From positions 53,940,001-54,004,000 of the forward strand of contig NC_043005.1 of assembly GCF_006345805.1 (NCBI RefSeq): a stretch of DNA of 64,000 nucleotides, written 5' to 3'. Below, one piece after another: positions 13,303 through 27,475 of this stretch; the stretch's first letter is position 1, and each line of letters starts with the position of its first letter. The notes under the pieces are model-generated. The model ran no database searches and had not been told where the DNA came from. It saw only the letters and a program-made list of their open reading frames with translations. This DNA is from Octopus sinensis (taxonomy: Eukaryota). The position numbers and the translations under genes were made by a program.

Positions 13303-13870
13303 CACAGGATAAAGAAGGTCTTCACCCACGTAAGGTGCTGTTATCTCTTTGGTGGGATAAGAAAGGTTTAGTTCACTTTGAACTTTTAAACCCAAACCAA
13401 ACAATAGCAAAGGAGATCTACTGTGAGCAGCTTCAGCTGCTTAAGTCAACACGAGAAGAAAAACGATCATCTTTGGTTTCAAGATGAAAGATGTTCTTCC
13501 ATCAGGATATACAGCCACATACAGCAAGGATGACATTCCAAAGGTTGGGGCAGTTTGAATGGGAAACGATGCCCCACCCACCGTATTTGCTAGATATTGC
13601 CTCATCTGATCATCATTTGTTCTCGTCTTCAAAATCATTTGGACAGAAAAAATATGAATTCTGTAGACAAGGTCAGAACAGTACTGGAGGAGTGTTTTCG
13701 TCACGAACAGGTAAATTTTAGAAGGGTCTTGCAAGTCGACCAGATAGATGGAAGAGCATTGTAGAAAATGAAGAAGAGTATATTTTAGATTAAAAAAAAG
13801 AACTTTGTTTATCTTAATTTTGAAAAATAAAAAAAGTATAAAATACCACATTATTTATGGGATGACCCAA
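13303..13870 (+). mobile_element. Mariner (D,D34D-type) 3' half
   Basis: Translates HPRKVLLSLWWDKKG..HFELL...FHQDIQPHTA...PHPPYLLDIASSDHHLF; right TIR ends ...GGGATGACCCAA|TA. Confidence 0.9.
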
Positions 13871-14463
13871 TACATCTGTTCTGTAAAATAGAAAGACAAT
13901 GTTAAAAACAATGTTTATTTACACCCATTAGACAAAGGATATATTCAATTATTTCTGAAGCATTTCTTTTTTTTATTTATTTATTTTTTTTTTTCTCTCA
14001 TCAAGCAATCCTGTAAGAAATCACTTTCTAAGTGGGAGCTCTGTAAATGTGTGTTAACATGAACAAGAAAGAAAAGGGAAAAAAAAACACATAACAATAA
14101 CAACAACAAAAGCAAAAACAACATCAACAACGATAATAATAATCATAATAATGATGATGATGATGACGACAACGACGATGAAGACATCAATAATTGCATA
14201 CATTTATATCTGCATATAACTTCAAGAATTAAGCCTTTTATATGAAGTAGCCGTTATTTCTTCCCCTCTTTTCGTCCTTTAAATCCATTATCTTTCCTAA
14301 TTAATTCTGTAAAGTAACAGTCATTACTTCTAAATTTATTGACTTAATCTCTTCCTAAACCTAATTGAGAGAACTTTAAAAGGTTTCTTTATCTTTTCTT
14401 AGTTTTCATGATACACACTTGTGACACTATGTATATGTGTGTGTATATCTATGTATGTGTGTG

Positions 14464-14494
<31 letters not shown>

Positions 14495-14530
14495 ATATAT
14501 GTATATATATGTATATATGTATATATATAT

Positions 14531-14580
<50 letters not shown>

Positions 14581-14649
14581 CATATATGTAAATCTAAAAA
14601 CGTATGTATATAGAAATATATATGTATATTTATTTTTGTATATCTATCC

Positions 14650-14680
<31 letters not shown>

Positions 14681-14747
14681 TATATATATATATATACACA
14701 CATATATATTATATATATATATATGGATATACACACATGTGTATGTA

Positions 14748-14793
<46 letters not shown>

Positions 14794-14794
14794 T

Positions 14795-14826
<32 letters not shown>

Positions 14827-15466
14827 CTATACACATCTAACAAACAAGACACCATCAAAGATTCTCATTCTCATAGCAGACCAAAATCACAGTAATAAAT
14901 TTGCAACTATTTTTAATCCTCCTTATTTTAATGGTTACTAAAACGATAAGGTGTTGTTATTCGAGAGTTGTAGGTGATTAAAGCTTGAAAATAATCAGCA
15001 AAGAACGCTTGTAGTTCGTCAGTACAGCAAGTAGTTTTAAAAGATACTAAAGAAATTCCATGATGAAGTCCTAGGAGAATTGTGGTCATTGCATTAAAAA
15101 TCAGACTAGGAGTGGATTATCAGTAGATAACAACACCGATTCAATCTTCCTGCAAACTCTATAAGAAGTGCTTTAGTTGTTATTTATCTTTTCTTGTAGG
15201 TTGTAGGGTTGGGTTTGTAATTTGTTTACCATTGTGTTCTACACTTCTGCATTTTCTCTCTCTCTCTTCTTTTTTCTTTCTCACCATCCTTATGTTCTCT
15301 CTCTTTCGCTCTCACTTCCCCCCCTCTGTCTTTCTCTGTATGCATTTATGTACATATGTAGATGTATGTATGTATGTATGTATATATATATATATATATA
15401 TATCATCATTCATCATCATCATTTATTGTCCATTGTCCATTCTGGCATATATGTATATATATGTAT

Positions 15467-15511
<45 letters not shown>

Positions 15512-16235
15512 TAATATATACATATATACATACACACGCATATATACACACACACACATGTATATATTACATATATATATATTTATATATATGTATAAAT
15601 ATGTGTGTGTGTATGTATACACACATGCATATATGTATTAATGTATGCTTTTTATGTATATTCATGAAGCCATCTGGTTTGCCAAACCTCAGTCAAATCG
15701 TCCAACCCATGCTAGCATGGAAAGCAGACATTAAACGATGATCATGATGATGATGTTGATACAGAGAGACATTCAAACATATACTAAATCTCTCCATGCA
15801 TATACACGGCACATGCAATTTATTTTTACTAATATGTATGTATTTATACATAATTGTGTGTGTATTTATGCATATTTACACTTATACACACACACACATA
15901 AACACACAAACACTTACACATGTGCATGCAGACAGACATTCACATGCCCATGTACACACACACCACAGATATGCATGGTATAATGAGTAAACATGAGAGG
16001 GACAGGTGTTATTAGCATAAAACTTGATAGGAAGGGAAGGAGTCCTTAAAGTTTCAAACGCTAGTCTTTCATCACAAAAAAAAATAAAGGAAAGAAGGGA
16101 AAATTGAGAAGGAAAGTTTGTGGAAAGAAGAAGAAAAAATTTAGAGGTGAGGTAGGAATGCAATTGCATGGGGAGGAGTTAGGAATAGAGGGGTTATGGG
16201 GTGGTTATATACATATATATATATATGTATATGTA

Positions 16236-16274
<39 letters not shown>

Positions 16275-16309
16275 ACATGTATATATATATATATATATAG
16301 TTAATCCAA

Positions 16310-16510
16310 ACATGTAAACACAAAGAGAAAACACAACAACGCGACGATGTGGACCAAGTATAGTGTTACTGGACGCTCAGGAAAGGAAAGAAAGGAGGAT
16401 TTAATGTTTCGAATGGAGCTCTTTGTCAGAAACATAGAAAAAGGAAAAGTCCAAGGAAGGGAAGACAGAGAAAGAAAATCTCCAACGATACACATGTGGT
16501 CAGATTTTGA
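16310..16510 (-). mobile_element. Penelope-like terminus relic with decayed hammerhead (16398-16433)
   Basis: Minus strand TTT-CTGACAA-A-GAGC-TCC-ATTC-GAAA-CA-TT-AAA; most deviations are CpG-type transitions. Confidence 0.45.
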
Positions 16511-17131
16511 ATGGGTGTGAATGTTGGTGTAGGTGTAAATGGTGGCGACAAAAGGAGAAAACTGGAAGTAGAAGAAGAAAGGTAAAAAGAGGACAATGAC
16601 ACAGTCGTGGCCAAAAGTTTGGAACATTTTTTTTTAATATTAAAATTGTTATTTTCAAGTACTATTCGATGCAAATATCTACAACATAGAGATATATTTA
16701 CCTAACAACTGATCCAATGGCTCAATATCTAGAAGAAAAAATAGGCAAAATCAAAAATATAGTTCTAGACCAAATTGCTTACTTTTAATACATAGAAGCT
16801 AGTCTAATTTTCAGACCTATTTTCCAAACTATATATTCATTCCTGGCAGCATCTTATGTCCTTGAGCAAGACAGCTTACTTCATGTTCCCCCAGTCCACT
16901 CAACTGGCAAAAATGAGTTGTACCTGTAATTCAAAGGGCCAGCCTTGTCACATTCTGTGTTATGCAAATTCTACCTGAGAACTATGTGAAGGGCATGTGT
17001 ATTTGTGGAGTGCTTATCCACTTACACATTAATTTCATGAGCAGGCAGTTCCATTTATTGGATCAAATGGAACACTTATCAACATAACTAATGGAGTATC
17101 AGTCAGTAATATATAATATATATATATGTCT

Positions 17132-17162
<31 letters not shown>

Positions 17163-17167
17163 GATAG

Positions 17168-17198
<31 letters not shown>

Positions 17199-18059
17199 GA
17201 TAGATAGGTGCATGGGAATCCCAGATTTAGAATTTTAATTCATGTGCTTCAGATAATTAATAAGGTCACTCTACAACTCAACTGGTAGTCGGTGCTATGA
17301 GCTTGTATCTATAATAAGTAAAATAAGTAAAATAGTACTCAACTGTTCAAAATTAAGAAAATTTGGAATATTTACCACACATTACCTTGCAGGAATTCTA
17401 GATGCTCCCTAAAAGTTATAGAGTTCCATGGAAGTAACAGTAAAATATAGCTACTTTTGCTACACTCTAATAATAATAGAGCCACAAGTTGTGAGGAAAA
17501 GGGGTCATCAACTAGATTATGCATTTGATTATCATGTTCAGAGTAACACATAAATGTCTAAACAGTAATTCTACTTTTGTCAATCTGGTTCAAATGCTAC
17601 ATAGTAATTTTGAATATTGTAATAAACCAATTTAGTGGCTAGGGTGTCAGCATCATGATCGTAAGATTGTGGTTTTGATTCTTGGTGGCACATTGTGGTT
17701 TTGATTCTTGGTGGCACATTGTGTCCTTGAGCAAAACACTTCATTTCACATTGCTCCAGTCCACTCAGCTGGCAAAAATGAGTAATGCTGCGATGGATTG
17801 GCGTCCCATCCAGCTGGGGAACACATACGCCATTGAAACCAGGTAATCGGGCCCATGAGCCTGGCCAGGCTTTAAAAGGGTGCATTTATTTTATTTTAAT
17901 AAGCCAATTAGACAATTAATTATTTTAACACCTACTGCCCTGTTATCAAACCTAGTACATGAGTCCCATCATAAGTCAAATGTGAACCTAGTTCTATGAA
18001 TTTATTCCAACAAGGAGATGCATTCAAGGAAGTCCTATCCATAGAAATAGAGGCAAGAT

Positions 18060-18620
18060 TAGGAATTTCACTTGATTGGTCTTGGTAGCATTGAATATAC
18101 AAATCCATTTGTTTCCCCTTTGTGCTATCCTTGTTAAGTCACTGGAAAATCTGTTGCTACATTCAAGTAGGTGGATGTTCTTAAAATCTCTTGCTACATT
18201 CAAGTGAGGAGTTGTTCTGTAGAGTGTGGTATCATAAGCACATATGTCATTAAAGAATCATATCAACAGTATTTAGGTCAAAGGTCCAAAGTTAAATCCC
18301 TGAAGTGCTAATTAAATTCATAAAGGGCAGCTGTCAGGCAAATCATTAGAAATGGTAGAAAACACTATCAGATAGCTATAGACAGTCAGTTTCTCAAGCA
18401 ATCTGCTATGCCATACTGTTCCGAATGCTTTGGACATATCAAAGATGACAGCACAAGCATCACAGCTGGTATCCTATGCACTACATATTCTGTGAGAACC
18501 AAAATTCATATCACTGGACACTAAAGAGATTGGTGTTATTTAAGCAGTCAATAATGTTAGTGGTCAATTTAAACAGCCTTTTACTATTGTCAATAGGCTA
18601 ACTGAGAATGATGCAGGAAA
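18060..18620 (-). mobile_element. CR1/L2/Jockey-type reverse transcriptase relic
   Basis: Minus strand CAVIFDMSKAFGTVWHSRLLEKL ... LQGFNFGPL, i.e. decayed LDxSKAFDxVWH and PQGSxLGP motifs. Confidence 0.7.
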
Positions 18621-18992
18621 ATAATCATCAGAGTTCTTGAAAGCTTGGAAAACTATAGACGTCTTCATTTAGTAAGGAAAACATTTCCTCAGGGGATGAT
18701 TGAACAGCTGAATGACTTTACTAGAATTAAGGATTTGACAGGGAACAGCCTTTTTTTATGGCTTTTCTTTTTCTTCTTTTTCTTCGTTTTCCATAAAATG
18801 ACTACGATTTTACTTGGGGCAATTGTTTTATGAATCATTATCATTTATGAGTTTGAAAACTTCCTGTAATAAATATACATGCATTCGTATAAACACTGGT
18901 AAATTTCTATATAGTAAATGTGTGTGTGCGTGTGTGTAGATAATAGATAGCGAGATAGGTATACATATACATATATATATATATTATATATA

Positions 18993-19030
<38 letters not shown>

Positions 19031-19463
19031 TATATACTGTTGTTTTCGGGGAGAGTCATTCTCTTTTAGTGCTTTACAATTTAACACAGTCACCATTAAA
19101 ATTTCCCCTTATTTCTTATAAGGCACTAAAAGAGAATAACTCTCCTCAGACACAACAGAATATGCTTCAACACATGAACTCACATAAAGGATCTTGCAAA
19201 CCAAATCCCAAAACGAAATATATATATATATATGGCGGTTTTTTTGACTATTTATTAAAATTTATGTTTGATTAAGTCTTTCCTTGTTTGTTTTGCAAAA
19301 TAGTGGTTTTGTCTCGAATAATATTTTATATATATATATATATATATTTACATATAACTACTTCACTATTTTCTCTTCTTTTTCTTCTTCTTTCTCTTTC
19401 TTCCTCCTCTGCTGCCTTCTTCTTCTCTCTTCTTTTTCTTTCCAACTGGGGTAGCTATATATA

Positions 19464-19495
<32 letters not shown>

Positions 19496-19856
19496 CCTCT
19501 ACTGCAACACCCCCATTTCTCTCCCTCTGTTCTTACTCTAACCTCTCATCACCTGACACAAAACCAGCTCTCTCAATATCACTCCCACTCTCATTTAAAG
19601 GAGGAGGCCTTTGTTTCGCAAGTTACTTGGTGACCTGGCCTCTGCTGCTGCTGCTGTTGCTGGTGATATCCAGAGGAAAAAGCACCCTGTACACTCTAAG
19701 GAGTTTGCATTATGATGGCCAGCCAGCTGTACAAAACATGGAAGCCATGCCAAAGCAAACAGAGAACTTGGTACATTCTTCTGATTTGACAGTTCCTATA
19801 AAAAGTTCATGCTAGCAGAGAAAAAATGGACATTAAATGATGGTGATAATTAATGA

Positions 19857-20740
19857 ATGGCAAGTGTATTCATGGAAAAAGTAACAGTACTCAATACTTA
19901 CAGTAAGCAGAGAGAACTATTTATAAATGTGTAATAGTTATAATCAACCCTATACTAATGGATCTAATGCCTGCATCTTATAAACTTTTGTTGAAAATGT
20001 TGTCACAATGAATCTTAACAAACCTGATTACTATTTAAATGTCAGATCTTAGATATGAAATGAATGCAGACATTTTGAAATTATCGTTTATAAACCTGGA
20101 AAATTACACAAAATTATCAAATGGATTTACCACAGTGGGATACATCATGAAAACAGACGTATATATACTCGATATATTTCTTCTTTATGTTGACTTAAAA
20201 TTTTCAAGTGTAACAAATAATAATTTTTAATTGGTAAAGGCAATAAATGATTAAATTCATCAAAAAAGGAAAGGAAAATAGAAAAAGAGCAAATATGAAG
20301 CCATCAGTTTACGCTATTTTCCTATGCTATAACATCTGACATTATACCTAGATTAATATGTATACATATCTATGTACATACATACATACATACATACATA
20401 CATACACACACATATACATACATACATACACACATACACACATACATGCATACATACATACAGAGAGACAGAGAGAGAGAGAGAGAAGAAGACAGAAACA
20501 CACAGACACACACAAGAACATGTGCTCAAACACACAAACATACTACATATATATAAATATGTGTGTATTGAATATATGCTTATCTTTTTTTTTACCTCTG
20601 ATGAGATTCTACTTAATAATGATTTGATTATTTCAATTAAAATCTTTAAAGTCTGAATCGAAACAGCTGTCAGGAATTATGCCCATGTTTGCAATTTATA
20701 AGTATAATTATTTGTTTATTAATCTCTATTTTCTTATTTT

Positions 20741-20784
<44 letters not shown>

Positions 20785-21587
20785 AAGATAAAAAAATAGA
20801 GATAAACAAACAAATAATTATATATTATGTATATATATATATAAATATATGTGTGTGTGTGGCCTGCTCGCTTAGCCAGCGGGGTGGCGTCAGTCAAAGG
20901 CTAAAACAATGCAAACGCATTGTGACCAGCGATGTGTAGCAACATCTGATAGTCTGGTCGGTCATGTGATCATGTGATATATATATATGTAGTATGTTTG
21001 TGTGTTTGAGCACATGTTCTTGTGTGTGTCTGTGTGTATCTGTCTGTCTGTCAGTCTCTCTGTCTCTCTGTATGTATGTATGTAGGTAGGTATAATGTCA
21101 GACGTTATAGTATAGGAAAACAGTGCAAACTGATGGCTTCATATTTGCTCTTTTTTCTTTTCCTTTCCCTTTTTTTTGATGAGTTTGATCATTTATTGCC
21201 TTTACCAATTAAAAATTGTTATTTGTTACACATGAAAATTTTAAGTCAACATAAAGAAGAAATATATTGAGTATACATACGTCTGTTTTCATGATGTATC
21301 CCACTGTGGTAAATCCATTTGATAATTTTGTGTAAGTTTCCTGTTTTATAAACGATAATTTCAACATGTCTGCATTCATTTCATATCTAAGATCTGACAT
21401 TTAAATAGTAATCAGGTTTGTTAAGATTCATTGTGACAACATTTTCAACAAAAGTTTATAAGATGCAGGCATTAATTAGATCCATTAGCATAGGGTTGAT
21501 TATAACTATTACACATTTATAAATAGTTCTCACTGCTCACTGTAAGTATTGAGTACTGTTATTTTTCCATGACTACGCTTGCCATTT
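19857..21587. repeat. Local inverted duplication, ~600-700 bp arms, ~425 bp spacer
   Basis: 19857-20555 is the reverse complement of 20980-21587 at roughly 90-95% identity; microsatellite lengths differ between arms. Confidence 0.9.
20862..20978 (+). repeat. ~120-bp structured repeat in (TA)n; second copy 13170-13292(-)
   Basis: Two dispersed copies about 88% identical, with several short stems. Confidence 0.7.
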
Positions 21588-21590
21588 ATA

Positions 21591-21649
<59 letters not shown>

Positions 21650-21700
21650 AATATATATATATATATATTTATTGACATATATTCAATATATATATATATA

Positions 21701-22120
21701 TCCTTTTAATCCTCTCAGTCATTTGCCTGCAGCCATACTGGAGCACCACCTTTAGTTGAACAAATCACCTTGGCACCTATTCTTTATAAGCCTATTACTT
21801 ATTCTTATTGTTTCTGTTGCCAAACAGCTAAGTTACAGGGAGACAAGCACGTCAACATTGGTTGTCAAGTATTAGTGGGAGGACAAACACAGACTCACAA
21901 ATACATACATCCACATATAAATATATATATATATATGGGTGGACGTTAAACGATGATGATGATATACTCGATGGGCTTCTTTCAGTTTCTGTCTACCAAA
22001 TCCATTCACAACACTTTGGTTGGTCCAAGGCTATAGTAGAAGACACTTGTCCTAGGTGCCATGCTGTGGCACTGAACCTAGAACCATGTAGTTGGGAAGC
22101 AAGTTTCTTACCACACAGCG
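21701..22120 (-). mobile_element. SINE family A
   Basis: Aligns with 2561-2969. Confidence 0.8.
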
Positions 22121-23261
22121 ACACACATATACAGAAAGAAAGAAAGAAAGAAGATAGATAGATAGATAGATAGATAGATATGCATGCATGGTTGTGTGGT
22201 TTCAGGTTTCAGATTCATGGCACCTTGAGAGTCTCCTACTATAGCTCCAGGCTTTGAGAGGATTTGGAATATGGAAACTGAAAGAAGCCCATCATGCATG
22301 TATGTGTGTGTGTGTGTGTACATTGCAACCTCTTTGTCATGACATCTGACATTGGTTGCAAAGTTTGTAACTCCATCGTACAAGCATTCATTCATCTCTC
22401 AATAATCAGCCATGAAAATGTCTCCAGTCATGAAGAATTATTACTTTGCATGGAATAATGTGAGGAGTGGTGAAAGGAAGTATTTCTGGTTACTGAAAAT
22501 CCACCACAATGAATCCCTGTGACTGTGCCAGTATGAGGATGATGACAACAATGACAGCAATGATGACGATGACAACGACAATGAAGTTGATGATGCTGAT
22601 GATGATGATGACATAATTTAGGGTATTCAGCTCATGATCATGAGGCCATGAGTTCAGCTCCTGGTGGTGTGTTGTGTTCTTGAGCAAGACATATTATCTC
22701 ATGTTGTTCCAGCCCACTAAGCTGACAATTATGAGTTATACATTTAATTCAAAGGACCAACCAAGTCACATTCTGCAACATGCTGAATCTTCCTGAGAAT
22801 TGTGTTAAATGTATGCAGGTCTGTGGAATACTAAGCCACTTGCACACTAATTCCACAAGCAACCAGTGTTCTGTTGTTTGGATCAAATGGAACACACATG
22901 AATAGACTATTCCATTGACCAAATCAACTGGAATCCCCGTTATCATAACCACTGGAGTGTAAGTTTCTCTTTTTTTAATTATGTTATATATTTTTCAGTA
23001 TGCATACTATTATTTAATTTAATGGAAACAATTCACTTGAAACATGACAAAATAATATTGTTACAGAACATGTTAAATGCAGATGCAGCAGAAAAGTGAT
23101 ACCATAGGCATAGGCATGGCTTTGACGTAAGAATCAGCAATTGGTGGGTGTTGCTATTGCCCTCATTATTATCATATCGTCAATCATTTCATCTCATTAT
23201 GTCCATGTCCAGCCCACAGCTTCCTTTCTTTGTAAGGCACGTGTGGCCAATTGACTGAATA

Positions 23262-23645
23262 AAAGATGCTTGCTTCCCAACCACATGGTTCTGGGTGAAA
23301 TCCCACTGAGTGGCACCTTGGGCAAGTATCTTCCGCTGTAGCTTTGGGCCAACCAAAGCCTTTTGAGTGGATTTAGAAGATGGAAACTGAAAGAAGCTCG
23401 TTGTATATATGTATATATAGGTATATGTTTGTGTGTCTGTACTTGTTCCCCCATTATTGCTCTCCAACCGATGTCGGTGTATTTATATCCTCATAAATTA
23501 GCAGTTTGGCAAAACAGTAAGAGAGACCGATAGAATATGTACTAGGCTTACAAAGAATAAGTCCTGGGGTTGTTTTGTTCGACTAAAGGCGGTGCTCCAG
23601 CATGGCCACAGTCACATGACTGAAACAAGTAAAAGAACAAAAGAA
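23262..23645 (+). mobile_element. SINE family A
   Basis: Aligns with 516-851 plus tail. Confidence 0.8.
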
Positions 23646-23974
23646 CAAAATCACAAGGATTGGCATTCTCACAATGACTAGTTTGCAAAATATACAAAAC
23701 ACAAATACAAAACAAATTCTGTGCCAAGCAAAATATCACTCTTCTACAATTATTTGATAAACATGGGAAATACTTATCATCATCAGTTTAATTCTTTTCT
23801 CTTTTCTTTTATTCGTTTCAGTCATTTTGACTGTGGTCATGCTGGAGCACTGCCTTTAGTCGAGCAAATCGCCCCCAGGACTTATTCTTTGTAAGCCTAG
23901 TACCTATTCTATTGGTTTCTTGTGCCGAACCACTAAGTTACGGGGACGTAAACACACCAGCATCGGTGTGTGTG

Positions 23975-24007
<33 letters not shown>

Positions 24008-24818
24008 TTTTGTGTGTGTGTGTGTGTGTGGTGTGTGTTTGTGTGTGTGTGTGTGTGCGTGTTTGATACCCCAAACACAAACACTTGACAACAGGTGTTC
24101 ATTTGTTTACAACCCTGTAACTTAGCAGTTCAGCAAAGGAAACCAATAGAACAAGTACCAGACTTTTAAAAAATGAGTACTGAAGTTTATTTGACTAAAC
24201 CATTCAAAAAGCAATGCTCCACAGTCCAATGCCTGAAATAAACAGAATGCAAAATCAAAAATTAAACGAGTTACCATATAGAGATTGAATTAGTAAAGTG
24301 AATTAAGCAGAAGCCCTTTGCAGCCGGACAATTCATGTATCTACTCTACAGCAGGACACCTGTCCTTGTCCCTCTATACCTCTAATCACCCATCAGCTGG
24401 CACAAAGCCAACACCCTCACTACTACTCCCTCCTCCCAGTTAAGAGGTTTTTGTTTTGTGAGTAATTTGGTGACCCTGTAGGTGCTGGTGCCATGTAAAA
24501 AAACACCACTGCTAGTGCCATGTAAAAACACTGATACTAGGGCTATGTAAAAGCACTGGAGCTGCTGCCACATAATAAAGCACTGGTGCTGGTGTCATGT
24601 AAAAAGCGCTAGTACTGGTGCCATGCAAAATCACTAGTGCTGGTGCCACATAAAAAGCACTGGTGCTGGCGTTGGTGCCACATAAGAAGTATTGTTGCTG
24701 GTGTCACGTGAAAAATGCCAGTGCCAGTAACACATAATACGCACAGGTGATGGTGCCACGTAAAAAGCACCAGTGCTGGAGCCACATATAAAGCACCAGT
24801 GTTGGTACCACGTATAAT

Positions 24819-25718
24819 GCACTGATGATGGTGGCATGTAAAAAGCACCCAGTATACTCTATAAAGGGGTTGGCATTAGGAAGAGAATTCAGCCCATCTG
24901 TAGAAACCATACTAAAGCAGACAGTAGAGCCTTGTACATCCTACTGGCCTTACTAGCCCCTGTCAAACTACCCAACCCATACCAGCTTGGAAAAACGCAC
25001 TGATGATGGTGTCATGTAAAAAGCACCCAGTATACTCTATAAAGTGGTTGGCATTAATTAAGAAGGGAATTCAGCCCAGCTGTAGAAACCATACTTAAGC
25101 AGACAGTGGAGCCTTGTACATCCTACTGGCCTTACTAGCCCCTGTCAAACTACCCAACCCATACCAGCTTGGAAAAACGCACTGATGATGGTGTCATGTA
25201 AAAAGCACCCAGTATACTCTATAAAGTGGTTGGCATTAATTAAGAAGGGAATTCAGCCCATCTGTAGAAACCATACTTAAGCAGACAGTGGAGCCTTGTA
25301 CATCCTACTGGCCTTACTAGCCCCTGTCAAACTACCCAACCCATACCAGCTTGGAAAAACGCACTGATGATGGTGTCATGTAAAAAGCACCCAGTATACT
25401 CTATAAAGTGGTTGGCATTAATTAAGAAGGGAATTCAGCCCAGCTGTAGAAACCATGCTTAAGCAGACAGTGGAGCCTTGTACATCCTACTGGCCTTACT
25501 AGCCCCTGTCAAACTACCCAACCCATACCAGCTTGGAAAAACGCACTGATGATGGTGTCATGTAAAAAGCACCCAGTATACTCTATAAAGTGGTTGGCAT
25601 TAGGAAGAGAATTCAGCCCATCTGTAGAAACCATACTAAAGCAGACAGTAGAGCCTTGTACATCCTACTGGCCTTACTAGCCCCTGTCAAACTGCCCAAC
25701 CCATACCAGCTTGGAAAA
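24819..25718 (+). repeat. Five-copy 178-182 bp tandem array inside a family D element (~24330-25745)
   Basis: Units start at 24819, 24997, 25179, 25361 and 25543 and are near-identical; preceded by a ~24-bp minisatellite at 24480-24818. Confidence 0.95.
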
Positions 25719-26299
25719 TGGACGTTAAATGACAACGATAATGATGAATATGAATTCAAAAGGAAAGAAAAAATGAAACAGCAGATGCTCCATGGTATAA
25801 CTGCTCACTCAGTTCTCTATCGCTATGCAAGTGATAAAATACCAGTTCAAATCTTTTCAGTAAGCTTGATATTCTTATCTGTCTTTCAAATTGTTGCTGC
25901 TTATAATGTTTTAATATTATTTCTACCAATTTGAAATAATCTCAACAATTGATATCGTTGCTCATCCAGGTATTTTTAATGCCCTTATTTCTTGGTTATC
26001 CTATTGCTACGAATGCTGAAGAGTATACACAAAGGATTAGATTATTGTCAAACTGTTGAATTGATGACTTAACAAAATAATCTGGCAGTCATTTGATCAG
26101 AGGACAAATGTCATGGGCTTTGTTATAGTTTATATTAATCAGGTTACAACTATTGTTGTCAAAAGTTCGAGATAATTGTGAAAGAGAGAATATTATTTTT
26201 GGAAAGACAGGTAGGAAGCCAATTATAAACAGCGTAAATATGTATCTATCACTCTCACTCTTTCTTCCCTCTTTCTCTCTTTCCCTCTGTGAATATATG

Positions 26300-26335
<36 letters not shown>

Positions 26336-26348
26336 TATTATATATATA

Positions 26349-26380
<32 letters not shown>

Positions 26381-26460
26381 TTATACATATATATATATAT
26401 ATAAATATATTCACACACTCATATATGTAGAGACATACATACGTATGCATATATATATTA

Positions 26461-26521
<61 letters not shown>

Positions 26522-26997
26522 TCATCATTATCATCGTTTAGCGTCCGTTTTCCATGCTAGCATGGGTTATACATATATATATTTATACATATATACATAT
26601 ATACATATATACATATATTATACATATATATTTATACATATACATATATATTTATACATATATATATATATTTATACATATATATATATATATTATATAT
26701 ATATATATATTTATACATATATATATATTTATACATATATATATATATATATTTATACATATATATATATTTATACATATATATATATTTATACATATAT
26801 ATATATACATATATATATATACACATATATGTACAATATATACAGATATACATACATATATTATACATATATATAGCTGCGTAGTGTGTGTGTGTGTATG
26901 TGTGTGTGTGTGCATATAAATAGGAGTTGGCGCTTTTGTACTTTGGTAGTTTTGCTCATTTAATATAGAATTTTTAATGAGACTGCAGGGAAATTAC

Positions 26998-27127
26998 ACA
27001 AATAAAATCCAATTGGAAAGCAGAAGTAAGGAAATAATCATGTAAAGGAAATTGATTTCTCTCCCTTGGTGATGTACTAGGTGTCTGATTAAATCCTTTT
27101 CTATACTGTGTAGTTTATTGCTGCTTA
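26998..27127 (-). other. Candidate ~130-nt coding exon
   Basis: Strong acceptor ttctttcctttcttttatag|; open frame SSNKLHSIEKDLIRHLVHHQGREINFLYMIISLLLLSNWILF; weak donor GT|gtaatt. Confidence 0.25.
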
Positions 27128-27442
27128 CTATAAAAGAAAGGAAAGAATAACACTATGCCATCAAAATGCACATCTAAACACTATATATATGTGTGTGTGT
27201 ATGTATATACATACATATATATAAATGTGTGTATTTATGTATATATATATATATATATATATTCATTTATACATTTATTTATATGATTTTATATGTGTGT
27301 ATTTATGTGCATACATATGTATTGTATTGTATGAATCTCTGCATGTATATATCTGCATCTGTGTGTGTGTATAAATAAATAAATCAATAAATAAATAAAC
27401 AAATGTGTGTGTGTGTGTGTACAGAGAGGGGGAAGGAGAAAG

Positions 27443-27475
<33 letters not shown>

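Noticed and set aside
20862-20900. HDV-like ribozyme (CCTGCTCGC resembles the HDV L3 motif)
   Set aside because: No upstream P1/P2 strands exist (only TA/TG repeat) and P3 spacing does not fit
24819-25718. CRISPR-like or gene-array interpretation of the regular repeat
   Set aside because: There are no unique spacers, the unit is part of a dispersed retroposon, and the context is eukaryotic
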